From Bacillota bacterium (lineage in GTDB: Bacteria; Bacillota; Clostridia; Christensenellales; CAMQZB01), in contig JAWXUU010000009.1 of NCBI GenBank assembly GCA_044426085.1, forward strand, positions 19,450 through 83,449: 64,000 bases of DNA. The letters are read 5' to 3'. The first letter of the stretch is position 1; the number at the start of each line of letters is the position of its first letter. The position numbers and the translations under genes were made by a program. The notes under the pieces were generated by a model. The model did no database searches. It saw only the letters and a list, made by a program, of their open reading frames with translations, and was not told the origin of the DNA. Positions 28,864 to 38,464 of the stretch are shown piece after piece.

Positions 28864-29133
28864 TTAGTCTAGTTTTTGTGCCTTTTTTGTTAATCTATAC
28901 TTCTTTTGCGTCGCAAGCCCACCGCGAATGTGCCTTATCGACAAATTATACTTCAAAACCTTTGCAACCTTTTTATATCGATTGTAATCAATTTCGCAAA
29001 GTCTTTCGCTCATATCCTTGTGTACTGTAGACTTGGAAACGTCAAAAACTTTGGCGGTTTCACGCACTGTTTTACCCGTTGCAATTATATAATCCGCAAT
29101 CTCCAAAATGCGGTCTTTGATATATTCTTTCAT
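28864..29133 (-). CDS. spoIIID: Sporulation regulator SpoIIID
   Basis: MKEYIKDR...TVRETAKVFDVSKSTVHKD...ERL...RHIRGG. Confidence 0.95.
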   Translation of the reverse strand: MKEYIKDRILEIADYIIATGKTVRETAKVFDVSKSTVHKDMSERLCEIDYNRYKKVAKVLKYNLSIRHIRGGLATQKKYRLTKKAQKLD

Positions 29134-29157
29134 TCCCACCCCATATGTGTATGGTAG

Positions 29158-29186
29158 ATTATATGGGGATTTTGCGGGATTTAGAA
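29158..29186 (-). promoter_or_regulatory. Sigma-E-type promoter of spoIIID
   Basis: TTCTAA-15 bp-CATATAAT; spoIIID is a known sigma-E target. Confidence 0.65.
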
Positions 29187-29190
29187 CTGG

Positions 29191-29391
29191 TTATTTCGCT
29201 TCGCTGACTATTTTATCTATGTCTTCAAATGCATTTTCCAATCTTTCTGTGTGGTATAATTCATACATATCATATATAAAATCTTTTATTTCAAGGCTAT
29301 TCCACATCTTTAAAACTTCTGTTGCCGTTGTGTTTTTATAATCTGCATATCTTTCGATTAGATATATAAAAAATTCAGATTCTTTGCTCAT
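29191..29391 (-). CDS. DUF3791-like small protein
   Basis: EFFIYLIERYA...FIYDMYELYHTE...EDI pattern. Confidence 0.7.
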   Translation of the reverse strand: MSKESEFFIYLIERYADYKNTTATEVLKMWNSLEIKDFIYDMYELYHTERLENAFEDIDKIVSEAK

Positions 29392-29636
29392 GCTTGCACC
29401 TCGATATATTGTGATTTGCGTGGATCACCTTGATTTTTTTCGCTCTCCCACATATCAAAAACAATAAGGTGACTCATTTTGTAGATTTCAAGTTCTTTAT
29501 CAAGTAGCATTTGATATGTTTCCGAACAAATAAACTGCTCTATTGCATCCTTTTCTGATAATCCATATTTATCAATTATCAATTTGATAACTTGATTATC
29601 AAAAAAATTTCTTGTTCTCACTGGTATTTTCTTCAT
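29388..29636 (-). CDS. Small hypothetical protein of DUF3990/DUF3791-type modules
   Basis: IIDKYGLSEKDAIEQFICSETYQML; coupled to its neighbours by ATGA overlaps. Confidence 0.6.
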   Translation of the reverse strand: MKKIPVRTRNFFDNQVIKLIIDKYGLSEKDAIEQFICSETYQMLLDKELEIYKMSHLIVFDMWESEKNQGDPRKSQYIEVQA

Positions 29637-29738
29637 AAATTTTCACTTTCCTTAAACGTTACGTATTCTAATGCTTTAGCTTACAAAAAAAGCATATTTA
29701 TCAGTTAAGTTTTGAGGCAACAGCTTTCTTACAGCTTC
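29633..29738 (-). pseudogene. 3' remnant of a DUF3990-like gene
   Basis: EAVRKLLPQNLTDKYAF, then a frameshift at a T7 run, then AKALEYVTFKESENL*. The stop overlaps the next ATG and no 5' part is present. Confidence 0.5.
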
Positions 29739-29742
29739 TCCT

Positions 29743-30222
29743 TTATAATTTAATCAAATCTTCAGTTTTATAAGCATAATAGCCTTCATAATTATAGCTT
29801 GCGTCTATTCCTTTCATATAGACTTTTCTGTTATCTATATCTTTGGTTAATGCTTGTTTTAAAATATATTTTATTTCGGTATCTTTTATTGGACTTCTTT
29901 CCATCGCGAGAAGATAATCGGTTTCATCAACCTTGCTCCAATCGACAACTTGCTTTATGTTTGATTTCAACATAAGGTCGAGCCAAATTCTTGTTGCTCT
30001 GCCATTGCCTTTTGCGATGTTGACTTTTCTTATCTCGCCTGCGAAGTCATATATTTCACCAAATAGATATTTGTGAATTAGCGCAAGCGAAGAAAACTTA
30101 CCCGCTTCCAAACTATCCAAAATTCTTTTATCAAAAAGTTCCAATGCTTTTTTCTTGCTTATTTGCTCTTCTGATAATGCCAATTCAGATTCTGTTGTTA
30201 TCCCCAATTTATTTTCTAGCAT
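29743..30222 (-). pseudogene. fic: Class III (NmFic-like) Fic protein with the catalytic motif deleted in frame
   Basis: LENKLG...IHKYLFGEIYDFAGEIRKVNIAKGN|GRATRIWLD...AMERSP...GIDASYNYEGY; HPFxEG is missing. Confidence 0.8.
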
Positions 30223-30368
30223 AATCGCCCCTTTTGTTTTCTTATATATATTATACCATATTTTACTTAGTTTTGCAATATAATTATAAAATTTCAAAAC
30301 AAAAGCATGTTGAATTTTAAAACAAAAGCCACCAAGTTTTGTTGGTGGCTTTGGGATTATTTATTTAC

Positions 30369-31556
30369 TTATTTACACATTTCGTAGATTTTTACGATTT
30401 CTTCTTTTGTGATTGGTTTTGGACCAGGAGTTGTGTTTGGTTCTGTTGCTGGGAACATTCTTACAACGTCGTCTGCCATTCTTTCGAATTGGTCGGCTGG
30501 AATGCCAACATCTGAAAGAGTTAGGAACGCTTCTGATTCTTTGAACCATTTTGCAACTTCAACTGCTAGCATTTTTGCAGCAACAGCGTCGTCTTGTTCA
30601 GTAACACCGAAACATCTTCTTGCTAGTTTAGCCCATCTTGCAGGCAAAACATCAGCCATCAATTCAAGGTATGGTGGCATAACGATAGTCATTCCTCTGC
30701 CGTGTGCCAAATCATAGACTCCGCTTAGCGGCATTTCGATTGAGTGCATTGGAATGCAACCTGTTCTTCCAAGCGCTTGGATACCTGACCAACCGAAGAT
30801 TGAGCAAAGCGCGAGTTGACCACGAACTTCCAAATCTTTTGGATTTTCCAAAACTTTCACGAAATTTTCTTTGAGCGTGAGAATCATGCCTTCTGTTTGT
30901 CTGTCTGCAAATTCTGATTCTGCATGGCTTGAAAGGTAATGTTCGATTAGATGTGAGAAGATATCAAGACAGCAATCTTTTGTGATTGAAACTGGCACTG
31001 ATGTGAGCAAAGCTGGATCAAGAAGAGCCACTTTTGGGTATCTATATGGAGAGCGAGAGAAGCTTTTTTCGCCTGTTTCGCTGTTTGTTAGAACGCCACC
31101 CGCGTTACATTCTGAACCTGAAGCTGAGATTGTTGGAATAGCGATGATTGGGAATGCACCAGTATATTCTCTTGGCACTCTGCTTCCAAGAACAACGTAG
31201 TCCCAACATTTTCCACCTGAATATGCAACAGCTGCGATATATTTTGAACCGTCGATAACACTTCCGCCACCAAGCGCAACAACAAAGTCGCAGTTTTCAG
31301 CTTTGAACATATCAACAGCTTTGTCGATTGTGTGTTCTTTTGGGTTTGGTTCGATACCAGTGAATGTCACAAATTCGATACCAGCTTCTGTTAGTGATGC
31401 TTCAACAGTGTCGATGATTGGATCAAGGAAACCGCCTCTTGCATACGTTGCAATCATTGCTTTCTTGCCGTATGCTTTTGCGATTGTGCCAAGTTCTTTG
31501 ACTCTGCCTTCACCATAAACAAGTTCTGTTGGAAAATTCCAATTAAAATTAGTCAT
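30369..31556 (-). CDS. Iron-containing alcohol dehydrogenase
   Basis: ALGGGSVID, PTISASGSE, DIFSHLIE, HSIE...HGRG. Confidence 0.92.
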   Translation of the reverse strand: MTNFNWNFPTELVYGEGRVKELGTIAKAYGKKAMIATYARGGFLDPIIDTVEASLTEAGIEFVTFTGIEPNPKEHTIDKAVDMFKAENCDFVVALGGGSVIDGSKYIAAVAYSGGKCWDYVVLGSRVPREYTGAFPIIAIPTISASGSECNAGGVLTNSETGEKSFSRSPYRYPKVALLDPALLTSVPVSITKDCCLDIFSHLIEHYLSSHAESEFADRQTEGMILTLKENFVKVLENPKDLEVRGQLALCSIFGWSGIQALGRTGCIPMHSIEMPLSGVYDLAHGRGMTIVMPPYLELMADVLPARWAKLARRCFGVTEQDDAVAAKMLAVEVAKWFKESEAFLTLSDVGIPADQFERMADDVVRMFPATEPNTTPGPKPITKEEIVKIYEMCK

Positions 31557-31693
31557 ATAATACTCCTCAGATTTTATTTTTTATATTCGACAATAATTAT
31601 ACAGCATTTTTTTGCATTTTGCAATGGTTTTTTATATTTTTATAAAAATTAACCAATTAAACAAAAGCTTTGCGCCATTGCTTTTAATCTAGC

Positions 31694-31849
31694 TTATTCT
31701 TCATATTCGCCGTATTCGCAACCTATGTTTTTCGCTTTGATTTCATCGATTAGTTCGTTGCCTTTATAGAGTTTGATTGTGCCGACGCCGTTTCCGCCGT
31801 TCCAGAGGCGCTTGTGGTGTTTTTCGCCGTCTGGCGATTCATAGTTCAC
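31694..31849 (-). pseudogene. Orphan 3' gene fragment resembling the C-terminus of clostridial tocopherol-cyclase-family proteins
   Basis: VNYESPDGEKHHKRLWNGGNGVGTIKLYKGNELIDEIKAKNIGCEYGEYEE*, with no RBS or upstream frame. Confidence 0.55.
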
Positions 31850-31911
31850 CTGTCAACATGAATGCATTTCTGTTTATATCGCTTTTATTAAACATATATC
31901 ACCACAAAAAG

Positions 31912-32793
31912 CTAGTTGTTATTTCTCATTTCTTCTAGTAACTCGGCATAGTCCTTTCCTAGCAGAATTTTTGTTGTTAAAACATCATCGTGTTTATAGT
32001 TATCTCTTGGGCGGAGCGTTCTTGCTTTTCCAGTGCATGTTGAAACACAAAGTCCGCAACCAAGGCATTTAGTGTGGTCGATGGTGCTTTTGCCATCTTC
32101 GCCAATGTTGCACGCTTTCACAAGGCAACGCTGAACACATTTACCACATTTTTCACCACCCTCGCAAAGGCTTGTATCTAGAAGCACAATTTCTGGACCA
32201 GCAGAGATTTCCTCTGTTCTGCCCGCCATATAACTTCTGAATGGCACGCAAATTTCACTGTCGCAATTGCACATAACAAATGACCATTTACCGCTTGCGT
32301 GGCAATAGAAAACATTGTGCATAAGCCCACATTCATTGAAATACATAACCATGTCTTTTGCTTCTTGCGCCGTTTTTATTATTTCGAACTTTTCTTTTAT
32401 GCCGGTATGTTTCATATCCGTATACATATCGGCAGTATATAGAAGTGCCATATCTTTTTTTTCTGGCTGAGCACACCTTTTGAGCGCAGTTTGGCACACG
32501 CATTTTGTCACCGCCATTCGTGCTGTTAGATTGCCGATTTTCTCGCCGTATATAAAATCAATAAATCTGCATGCTGCTTCCGTTGAGATGATTATTCCCG
32601 CAGGAAGCGCCCTTGGTTTTTTCATTTTTACATATTTTGCTTTACGCTTTTCTGTTCTTAGCATATAATCAGCGTATCTCAATAGATGCGGTTCGGAAAC
32701 GCCATACCACCATTGCGTGAATTTTTGTTTTCGCGTTACCGATTTCAGCTCGCTTCCCGCAAGCACTAACCCTTTTTCTTTATTATCCTTCAT
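31912..32793 (-). CDS. 4Fe-4S binding protein
   Basis: MCNCDSEIC plus C-terminal CxxCxxxC and CLGCGLCVSTC. Confidence 0.8.
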   Translation of the reverse strand: MKDNKEKGLVLAGSELKSVTRKQKFTQWWYGVSEPHLLRYADYMLRTEKRKAKYVKMKKPRALPAGIIISTEAACRFIDFIYGEKIGNLTARMAVTKCVCQTALKRCAQPEKKDMALLYTADMYTDMKHTGIKEKFEIIKTAQEAKDMVMYFNECGLMHNVFYCHASGKWSFVMCNCDSEICVPFRSYMAGRTEEISAGPEIVLLDTSLCEGGEKCGKCVQRCLVKACNIGEDGKSTIDHTKCLGCGLCVSTCTGKARTLRPRDNYKHDDVLTTKILLGKDYAELLEEMRNNN

Positions 32794-32980
32794 AAAATCC
32801 CCCGAATTTATTACTTAGTTAAATTATACCACTCAAAAATAGTACTGTCAATACCACACAATAACCGATTTGATTAAATTTTATTTTAAGTTAATATCAA
32901 TTTCCATATTGACAATTTGCATTTCTCGTTGTACACTATAATAAGATAAAAATGTTATTTTTATATGGAGGAAAAAAATT

Positions 32981-34165
32981 ATGAGCAATTTCGTATTCTT
33001 GAGACCTACTAAAATCGTTTTTGAAAACAATGCTGAAGAGCAAACTGGGGCGCAACTTGAAAGCTTTGGTGCAAAAAAGGTTTTGATTCATTACGGTTCT
33101 GAAAGGGTTATCAAAACTGGACTTATGAAAAAAATAACTGATTCTTTAGACGCATGCAATATTGAATACTTATTCCTTGGTGGCGTTGTGCCAAATCCAC
33201 GCCTTTCGAAAGTTCACGAAGGGGTTGATATTTGCAAAAGTGAAGGGATAGATTTTATTCTTGCTGTTGGCGGAGGGTCTGTTATTGATTCTTCAAAAGC
33301 TATGTCGCTTGGCGCAAAATATGACGGTGATGTTTGGGATATTTTCGAAAGAAAAGCTGTTCCCACTTCTGCCCTTCCAATCGGATGTGTTTTGACAATT
33401 CCTGCTGCGGGAAGCGAGATGTCGACTGGCGCGGTTATCACTAAGGACGAAGGCATGCTTAAGCGTGACTTTGGTTCTGATTTGATGCCTTGCAAATTTT
33501 CTATTTTGAACCCACTTCTCACACACACTTTGCCAAAAAGCGAAACTGTGAACGGCATTGTTGATATTCTTATGCACACACTTGAAAGATACTTCCACAG
33601 CTGTGAAGATTTCGACATCACCGACAGCATCGCTGAAGGGCTTTTGAAAAGCGTTATGAGAAACGGAACAATCTTGATGACTGACCCTGGCAATGCAGCC
33701 GCAAGAGAAAGCATTATGTGGTCGGCAACACTTTCACACAACAACCTTACAGGTTGCGGAAGTGGTGGGGGCGATTGGTCTACACACAATATCGAACACG
33801 AGCTTAGCGGTCTTTTCGACGTTGCTCACGGCGCTGGACTTTCTTCTGTTTGGGGAAGCTGGGCAAGATACGTTCTTGATTCAAACCCACACAGACTTGC
33901 GAAATTTGCAGTGAATGTTATGGGCGTTGCACCACTTGCAACTGAAAACGAAACTGGACTTGCTGGCATTGTTGCAATGGAAGAATACTTTGCAGGGCTT
34001 GGCGCACCAATTTCTATCACTCAACTTTTGGGTGAAAAAGAAGTTACTGATGAAGAAATCGACTTCATGGCAAGAAGTGCAACTCACTTTGAAACTCGCA
34101 CGTTCGGAGCAATGAAAAAACTTGGAAAAGACGATATCGCAAAGATTTACACTATGGCGAGATAA
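32981..34165 (+). CDS. Iron-containing alcohol dehydrogenase (butanol dehydrogenase-like)
   Basis: AVGGGSVIDSSK, LTIPAAGSE, DWSTHNIEHELS...HGAGL. Confidence 0.92.
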   Translation: MSNFVFLRPTKIVFENNAEEQTGAQLESFGAKKVLIHYGSERVIKTGLMKKITDSLDACNIEYLFLGGVVPNPRLSKVHEGVDICKSEGIDFILAVGGGSVIDSSKAMSLGAKYDGDVWDIFERKAVPTSALPIGCVLTIPAAGSEMSTGAVITKDEGMLKRDFGSDLMPCKFSILNPLLTHTLPKSETVNGIVDILMHTLERYFHSCEDFDITDSIAEGLLKSVMRNGTILMTDPGNAAARESIMWSATLSHNNLTGCGSGGGDWSTHNIEHELSGLFDVAHGAGLSSVWGSWARYVLDSNPHRLAKFAVNVMGVAPLATENETGLAGIVAMEEYFAGLGAPISITQLLGEKEVTDEEIDFMARSATHFETRTFGAMKKLGKDDIAKIYTMAR

Positions 34166-34197
34166 GGCTTCAAAAATCAAATTATTATCTGAAAATT

Positions 34198-34239
34198 AAA
34201 AATGTCAAGAGCAACAATCAAACTGCTCTTGACATTTTT
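34198..34239. terminator. Bidirectional terminator
   Basis: AAAAATGTCAAGAGCA-N10-TGCTCTTGACATTTTT. Confidence 0.8.
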
Positions 34240-34332
34240 TTATTTGTTATATACTATTTTACATACCGTTTTATCACATGTTTAGTTTGCATGCTTTTAC
34301 GTCTTGAGATAGGTCTTTTTCTTAGGAGTTTC

Positions 34333-34476
34333 CTATAAGATTACAAGTACTGTGCCGATGATAACGCTTAGAAGCAAAACCATTCCTAGCACATATACGC
34401 AACAACCCATTGGTCCTCTGCGACGATGATGATGTCTGCGTGGACCGCCACCGCCTCCTCTGTGTCCGTGATGCAT
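34333..34476 (-). CDS. 47-aa His/Arg/Gly-rich single-TM small protein (below the ORF-track cutoff)
   Basis: MHHGHRGGGGGPRRHHHRRRGPMGCCVYVLGMVLLLSVIIGTVLVIL; RBS AAGGGGGG; upstream TTGAAA-17-TATGAT. Confidence 0.7.
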   Translation of the reverse strand: MHHGHRGGGGGPRRHHHRRRGPMGCCVYVLGMVLLLSVIIGTVLVIL

Positions 34477-34559
34477 AAAATAAGCCCCCCTTTTTTTGTT
34501 ACGTTTATCATAACATATAAATATGCAAATTTCAATAGAGTTGTGAAATTACATTGCTT

Positions 34560-34952
34560 TTAGTTTGATTTTTCAAAAATCAATTCGTCATACCCCGTTT
34601 CGCTGTCGAATTCGGTTTGGATTTTTACGCCATTTATTGGGGCGATAACAAGTTCGCACGTTGTGTTGACAATACAGCCACAGACAAGGTGACCACCCAC
34701 AACGGATAAATCTTCTTTTGAAAAACTTACGTGAAGGTGGGTTCTGTTTTTGGAAACAGTGCCCATAACTGATATTATTTCCATATCTTGATTGATTGTT
34801 TGAAAGTTTACACCGCTTGCGTCGCGCACTGTTGCAGTTGAAACGCAACCCACAGCGCTGAGAACGACACCGCATTCGATGTTGTTTTGATCTGCAATTT
34901 CTTGGATTTTTAAAAGTAGGTCGTCACCTCTTTTCAGTCTTTCACACCACAT
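34560..34952 (-). CDS. PPC-domain (DUF296) protein
   Basis: RLKRGDDL...SAVG...EIISVMG...HLHVSF...GGHL...TTCEL; start at ATG 34952 after AAGGAG. Confidence 0.88.
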   Translation of the reverse strand: MWCERLKRGDDLLLKIQEIADQNNIECGVVLSAVGCVSTATVRDASGVNFQTINQDMEIISVMGTVSKNRTHLHVSFSKEDLSVVGGHLVCGCIVNTTCELVIAPINGVKIQTEFDSETGYDELIFEKSN

Positions 34953-34995
34953 GGCTTCTCCTTTTTTGCCTACGATTTTTTGCCTACGATTTGTT

Positions 34996-36768
34996 TTACG
35001 CAAAAAACGGAACGATTTTTTTGTTGTTTACATCAACAAGTCCCATGTCGCTCATCTTCACGTTTGGAATAACTGGAAGCGCGAGTGTCACGATTCTCAA
35101 AAGTGGGTTGTGCATATCATCTAGCCCTGCTTTTTCAAGGTGTGTTTTCATTATTTCGCCCTGTCTTGCGACTTCTTCAATCGGCGCTGTGCTCATGAGT
35201 CCACCGACGTTTAAAGTGATTGTTGCTTGCAATTTATTATCGTATGCCATAGCCATGCCACCGCCACTTTCCACGAGTGCTTTTGTTGCGATAAGAGCAT
35301 TTTCCGCGTTGTCGTAAACGATTGTTAGGTTGTGGGAATCGTGAGAAATTGTTGAAGCTTGCGCGCCGAAGTTTGTGCCAAAGTTGCGAACAATTCCGTA
35401 TCCGATTGTGCCGTTGCCATACCTGTTCAAGATTGCAATAAACTTCAAGTTGTTATCGTTTGAGATGTCGATATAGCCGTCAACCACGTTCAAACTTTCA
35501 ACTTCGCAAGTTGTCATTGCAAGGGTGTGGTCTGGATATGTCATGACGTTCACATCAACTTTGCCGTTTTGGATTGGTGCTTTAAATTTGAATGTTTCCA
35601 AATCAAAATCAGGGATGTTCATAGAATTTTTGCTTTCAAGCGGGTAAGATTTTTCTTCGATTTCCGCTGTGAGCTTTCCATTTTCTGCAACCAATTCACC
35701 TTTATAAAATACTTTTGTTGGTTTTATGTGGGTGATTTCCTTTGTTAGAATCATATCGGCGATATACCCCGGCGCAATCGCACCAAGGTTTTCGATTTTC
35801 GCTTCTCTTGCGTTGTTATACGTTGCTGATTTGATTGCAGTTATTGGATCAAGACCGTATTCTATCAAGTTGTTCACAACCACGTTCATGTGACCGTCTT
35901 TGATGATATCATCGGCTTCTCTATCGTCGGTGCAAACGCAATAGTTATCCAAGAACTTCATGCCTTTTATGCCTTCAATACTATCCTTGCCGTTTTTTGC
36001 AATAGAACTTTCCCTTGCATCAACAGACATGCCTATGCGGAGCTTTTCTCTGAATTCGCTTGGCAATCTTGATTCGTGGCACGTTCTTGCACCGCCGATT
36101 GCGTAGGCTGAAAGTATTCTGCCAGAAATGAAAGGTGCGTGACCTTGAAGGTATAGTCCGTTTTCTCTTGCTGAATCCATGATGTTCATCATTCTATCTT
36201 CACCGTTCACAACGGCGATGAAGTCCATAACTTCTGCAAGTCCGATAACCCTTTCAAGTTTTGCAAGTCTTTCAATTTCCGGAACGAGAAAAACTGCACC
36301 GGAATTTTCCAAACCTGGAACGGCGGGAACGCAAGACGGGATGTTTATCAGTTGACGCATTGGCAAATCTTCGCTTGAATCGTGCATATAATGAACTGCT
36401 TCTTCGCCAAACACGTTTGAAATTTCGTGTGGGTCTGTTATGATTGTTGTTGTTCCGTGAGGCACAACGCCCTTTGCAAAGTGGCGCGGTGTGAGCATAG
36501 AACTTTCGATGTGGATGTGGGCATCGATAAGGCCTGGAATAAGATATTCACCGCCGCAATCGATGATTTCTTTTGCGTTGATATCTTTTCCGCAATTTTC
36601 AATTTCTACATGCGCGATAAAACCGTCGAACACATAGACGTCACATGGGTATATTTCGCCCGTTAGCACGTTTACAAGTTGAACGTTTGAAAGGCATTTA
36701 TCCGCTGGAATTTTGCCCATTGCACACGCGAGAAGTGCTCTTCTATCTTTTGGCTGTGTATTAATCAT
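34996..36768 (-). CDS. ade: Adenine deaminase
   Basis: PGLIDAHIHIESS, DPHEISNV, GLAEVMD, CTDD, SHDSHN. Confidence 0.93.
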   Translation of the reverse strand: MINTQPKDRRALLACAMGKIPADKCLSNVQLVNVLTGEIYPCDVYVFDGFIAHVEIENCGKDINAKEIIDCGGEYLIPGLIDAHIHIESSMLTPRHFAKGVVPHGTTTIITDPHEISNVFGEEAVHYMHDSSEDLPMRQLINIPSCVPAVPGLENSGAVFLVPEIERLAKLERVIGLAEVMDFIAVVNGEDRMMNIMDSARENGLYLQGHAPFISGRILSAYAIGGARTCHESRLPSEFREKLRIGMSVDARESSIAKNGKDSIEGIKGMKFLDNYCVCTDDREADDIIKDGHMNVVVNNLIEYGLDPITAIKSATYNNAREAKIENLGAIAPGYIADMILTKEITHIKPTKVFYKGELVAENGKLTAEIEEKSYPLESKNSMNIPDFDLETFKFKAPIQNGKVDVNVMTYPDHTLAMTTCEVESLNVVDGYIDISNDNNLKFIAILNRYGNGTIGYGIVRNFGTNFGAQASTISHDSHNLTIVYDNAENALIATKALVESGGGMAMAYDNKLQATITLNVGGLMSTAPIEEVARQGEIMKTHLEKAGLDDMHNPLLRIVTLALPVIPNVKMSDMGLVDVNNKKIVPFFA

Positions 36769-37000
36769 ATTATCCCCCTTTATGGCAACAGCCCATAAAA
36801 ATTATGGGCGATGCTTGTTTTTTGTTTTTAAATTTATATCTTTATATTTATTATAACAACAGCAATTGCGTTTGTCAATACTTTTGGTTTTGATAAAATC
36901 ACCAAAGCGTAAAAATCAAAAATTGCACATGTAGATTTTAAAGGCAATAGATGTGGCAGGCACTATGTTAACGCTCCGTGCAACCCATTCTAAATTGAAA

Positions 37001-37059
37001 GCACGAGCGAAGCGAGTGCATTACCACAATTTTTAATTTTCAATTTTCAATTTTTAATT
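37001..37059. repeat. Heptamer-array/hairpin repeat, locus 5 (single arm)
   Basis: GCACGAGC-GAA-GCGAGTGC-ATTACCAC-(AATTTTY)4; the array abuts the permease stop codon; a TAACGCTCC remnant of the central palindrome lies near 36969. Confidence 0.88.
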
Positions 37060-38071
37060 ATACAAACATATATTGGAAAAAGTTGAAAAGATATCCAACC
37101 GTGATTATTCCCACTGTGCAGATTGCAATAAAAAGGGCTAGGAGTTTTGGTTTTACTGCTTTTTTCAGCATTATCATCGACGGAAGGGAAAGTGCTGTTA
37201 CCGCCATCATGAATGATAGGATTGTGCCAAGTTGCGCGCCTTTTGCAAGTAGCGCTTCGGCAACGGGGATTGTGCCGAAGATATCGGCATACATTGGCAC
37301 GCCAACAAGCGTTGCGAGAATCACACCGAATGGATTGTTGCTTCCCAAAACTGCGGAAACCCAATCTTCTGGTATCCAGTTGTGGATTATCGCGCCGATA
37401 CCAACGCCGATAAGAATATATACAAAAACCTTTTTGAAAGTTGCGACAACTTGGTCTTTTGCGTATATCGCCCTATCTTTTTTTGTTAGCGATTGGGCTT
37501 GCGTTTCTACATACTGCGCTTGCATGATATAGCTTTCGACATATTTTTCCATGCCGAGTTTTTGAATCAGCGTTCCGCCGAGAATGGCAATCACAAGACC
37601 GATTAAAACATATGCAACGGCAACTTTCCAACCAAATATGCTCATAAGCAAAACAAGGCTTCCCAAATCCACCATTGGTGAAGAAATCAAGAATGAAAAA
37701 GTTACGCCAACGGGAAGACCCGCGCTTGTGAATCCCATAAACAGCGGGATTGAAGAACAAGAACAAAATGGCGTTACTGTTCCGAGAAGTGCGGAAACTG
37801 CGTTTGCGCCAATCCCTTTATATTTGCCGAGAATTTTTTTGCTTCTTTCAGGCGGGAAAAAACTTTGAATGTACGATATAACAAAAATCAGCGTGCACAA
37901 TAGTATTGTGATTTTTATCACGTCGTAGATAAAAAATTGCAGACTTCCGCCCCACTGACTGTATACGTCCACACCAAGGCTTGTGAGCCCACTTGAAACT
38001 AGGTCATTAAGCCAGCTCATGCCCAAAATTTGATATTGGAAAAAATTCCAAATGTTTGTTATTGTTTGCAT
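37058..38071 (-). CDS. DUF318/ArsP-family permease
   Basis: TPFCSCSSIP, FLISSP, GVPMY, ALSLP motifs. Confidence 0.88.
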   Translation of the reverse strand: MQTITNIWNFFQYQILGMSWLNDLVSSGLTSLGVDVYSQWGGSLQFFIYDVIKITILLCTLIFVISYIQSFFPPERSKKILGKYKGIGANAVSALLGTVTPFCSCSSIPLFMGFTSAGLPVGVTFSFLISSPMVDLGSLVLLMSIFGWKVAVAYVLIGLVIAILGGTLIQKLGMEKYVESYIMQAQYVETQAQSLTKKDRAIYAKDQVVATFKKVFVYILIGVGIGAIIHNWIPEDWVSAVLGSNNPFGVILATLVGVPMYADIFGTIPVAEALLAKGAQLGTILSFMMAVTALSLPSMIMLKKAVKPKLLALFIAICTVGIITVGYLFNFFQYMFV

Positions 38072-38091
38072 CGGTTCTCCTTATTTATGTT

Positions 38092-38200
38092 CATATCAAA
38101 AAATATTGATGTGTGATTTTTGTTTTTAGCTGTCAACCGACAGCTTCATATCAAAATATCTTGATATGAGTATTATATGCTTTTGAAATCTAAAAGTCAA
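38092..38200 (-). promoter_or_regulatory. Sigma-A promoter with two ArsR/SmtB-like operator palindromes
   Basis: TTGACT-17-TATAAT (38200-38172); CATATCAA-N6-TTGATATG (38147-38168) and CATATCAA-N6-TTGATGTG (38092-38113). Confidence 0.65.
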
Positions 38201-38343
38201 GCGAAAAGATTTGATTGGCGAAAAATAAAAAGCTAAAAAGTGAACAGTGAACAGTGGAAAGCTACGCTTAAGGCGGTGTTGTTTTGGATTTCTGTTATCG
38301 TGATTATTTTGAGCGTTATTGGCGTTTTATAATTTGTTTTAGA

Positions 38344-38376
38344 CGGGTTGTATCTTGAAAACTTTGATACAGCCCG
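38344..38376. repeat. Palindrome family GGGYTGTATC...GATACARCCC, copy 2
   Basis: CGGGTTGTATC-N11-GATACAGCCCG. Confidence 0.65.
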
Positions 38377-38464
38377 CTTTTATTTTGTAGCATTTTTAGT
38401 TTTCATATTGTTTTTAGGAATTATTTATGATATACTTTTGATATGAAGTTTGAAGGGGGCATTT

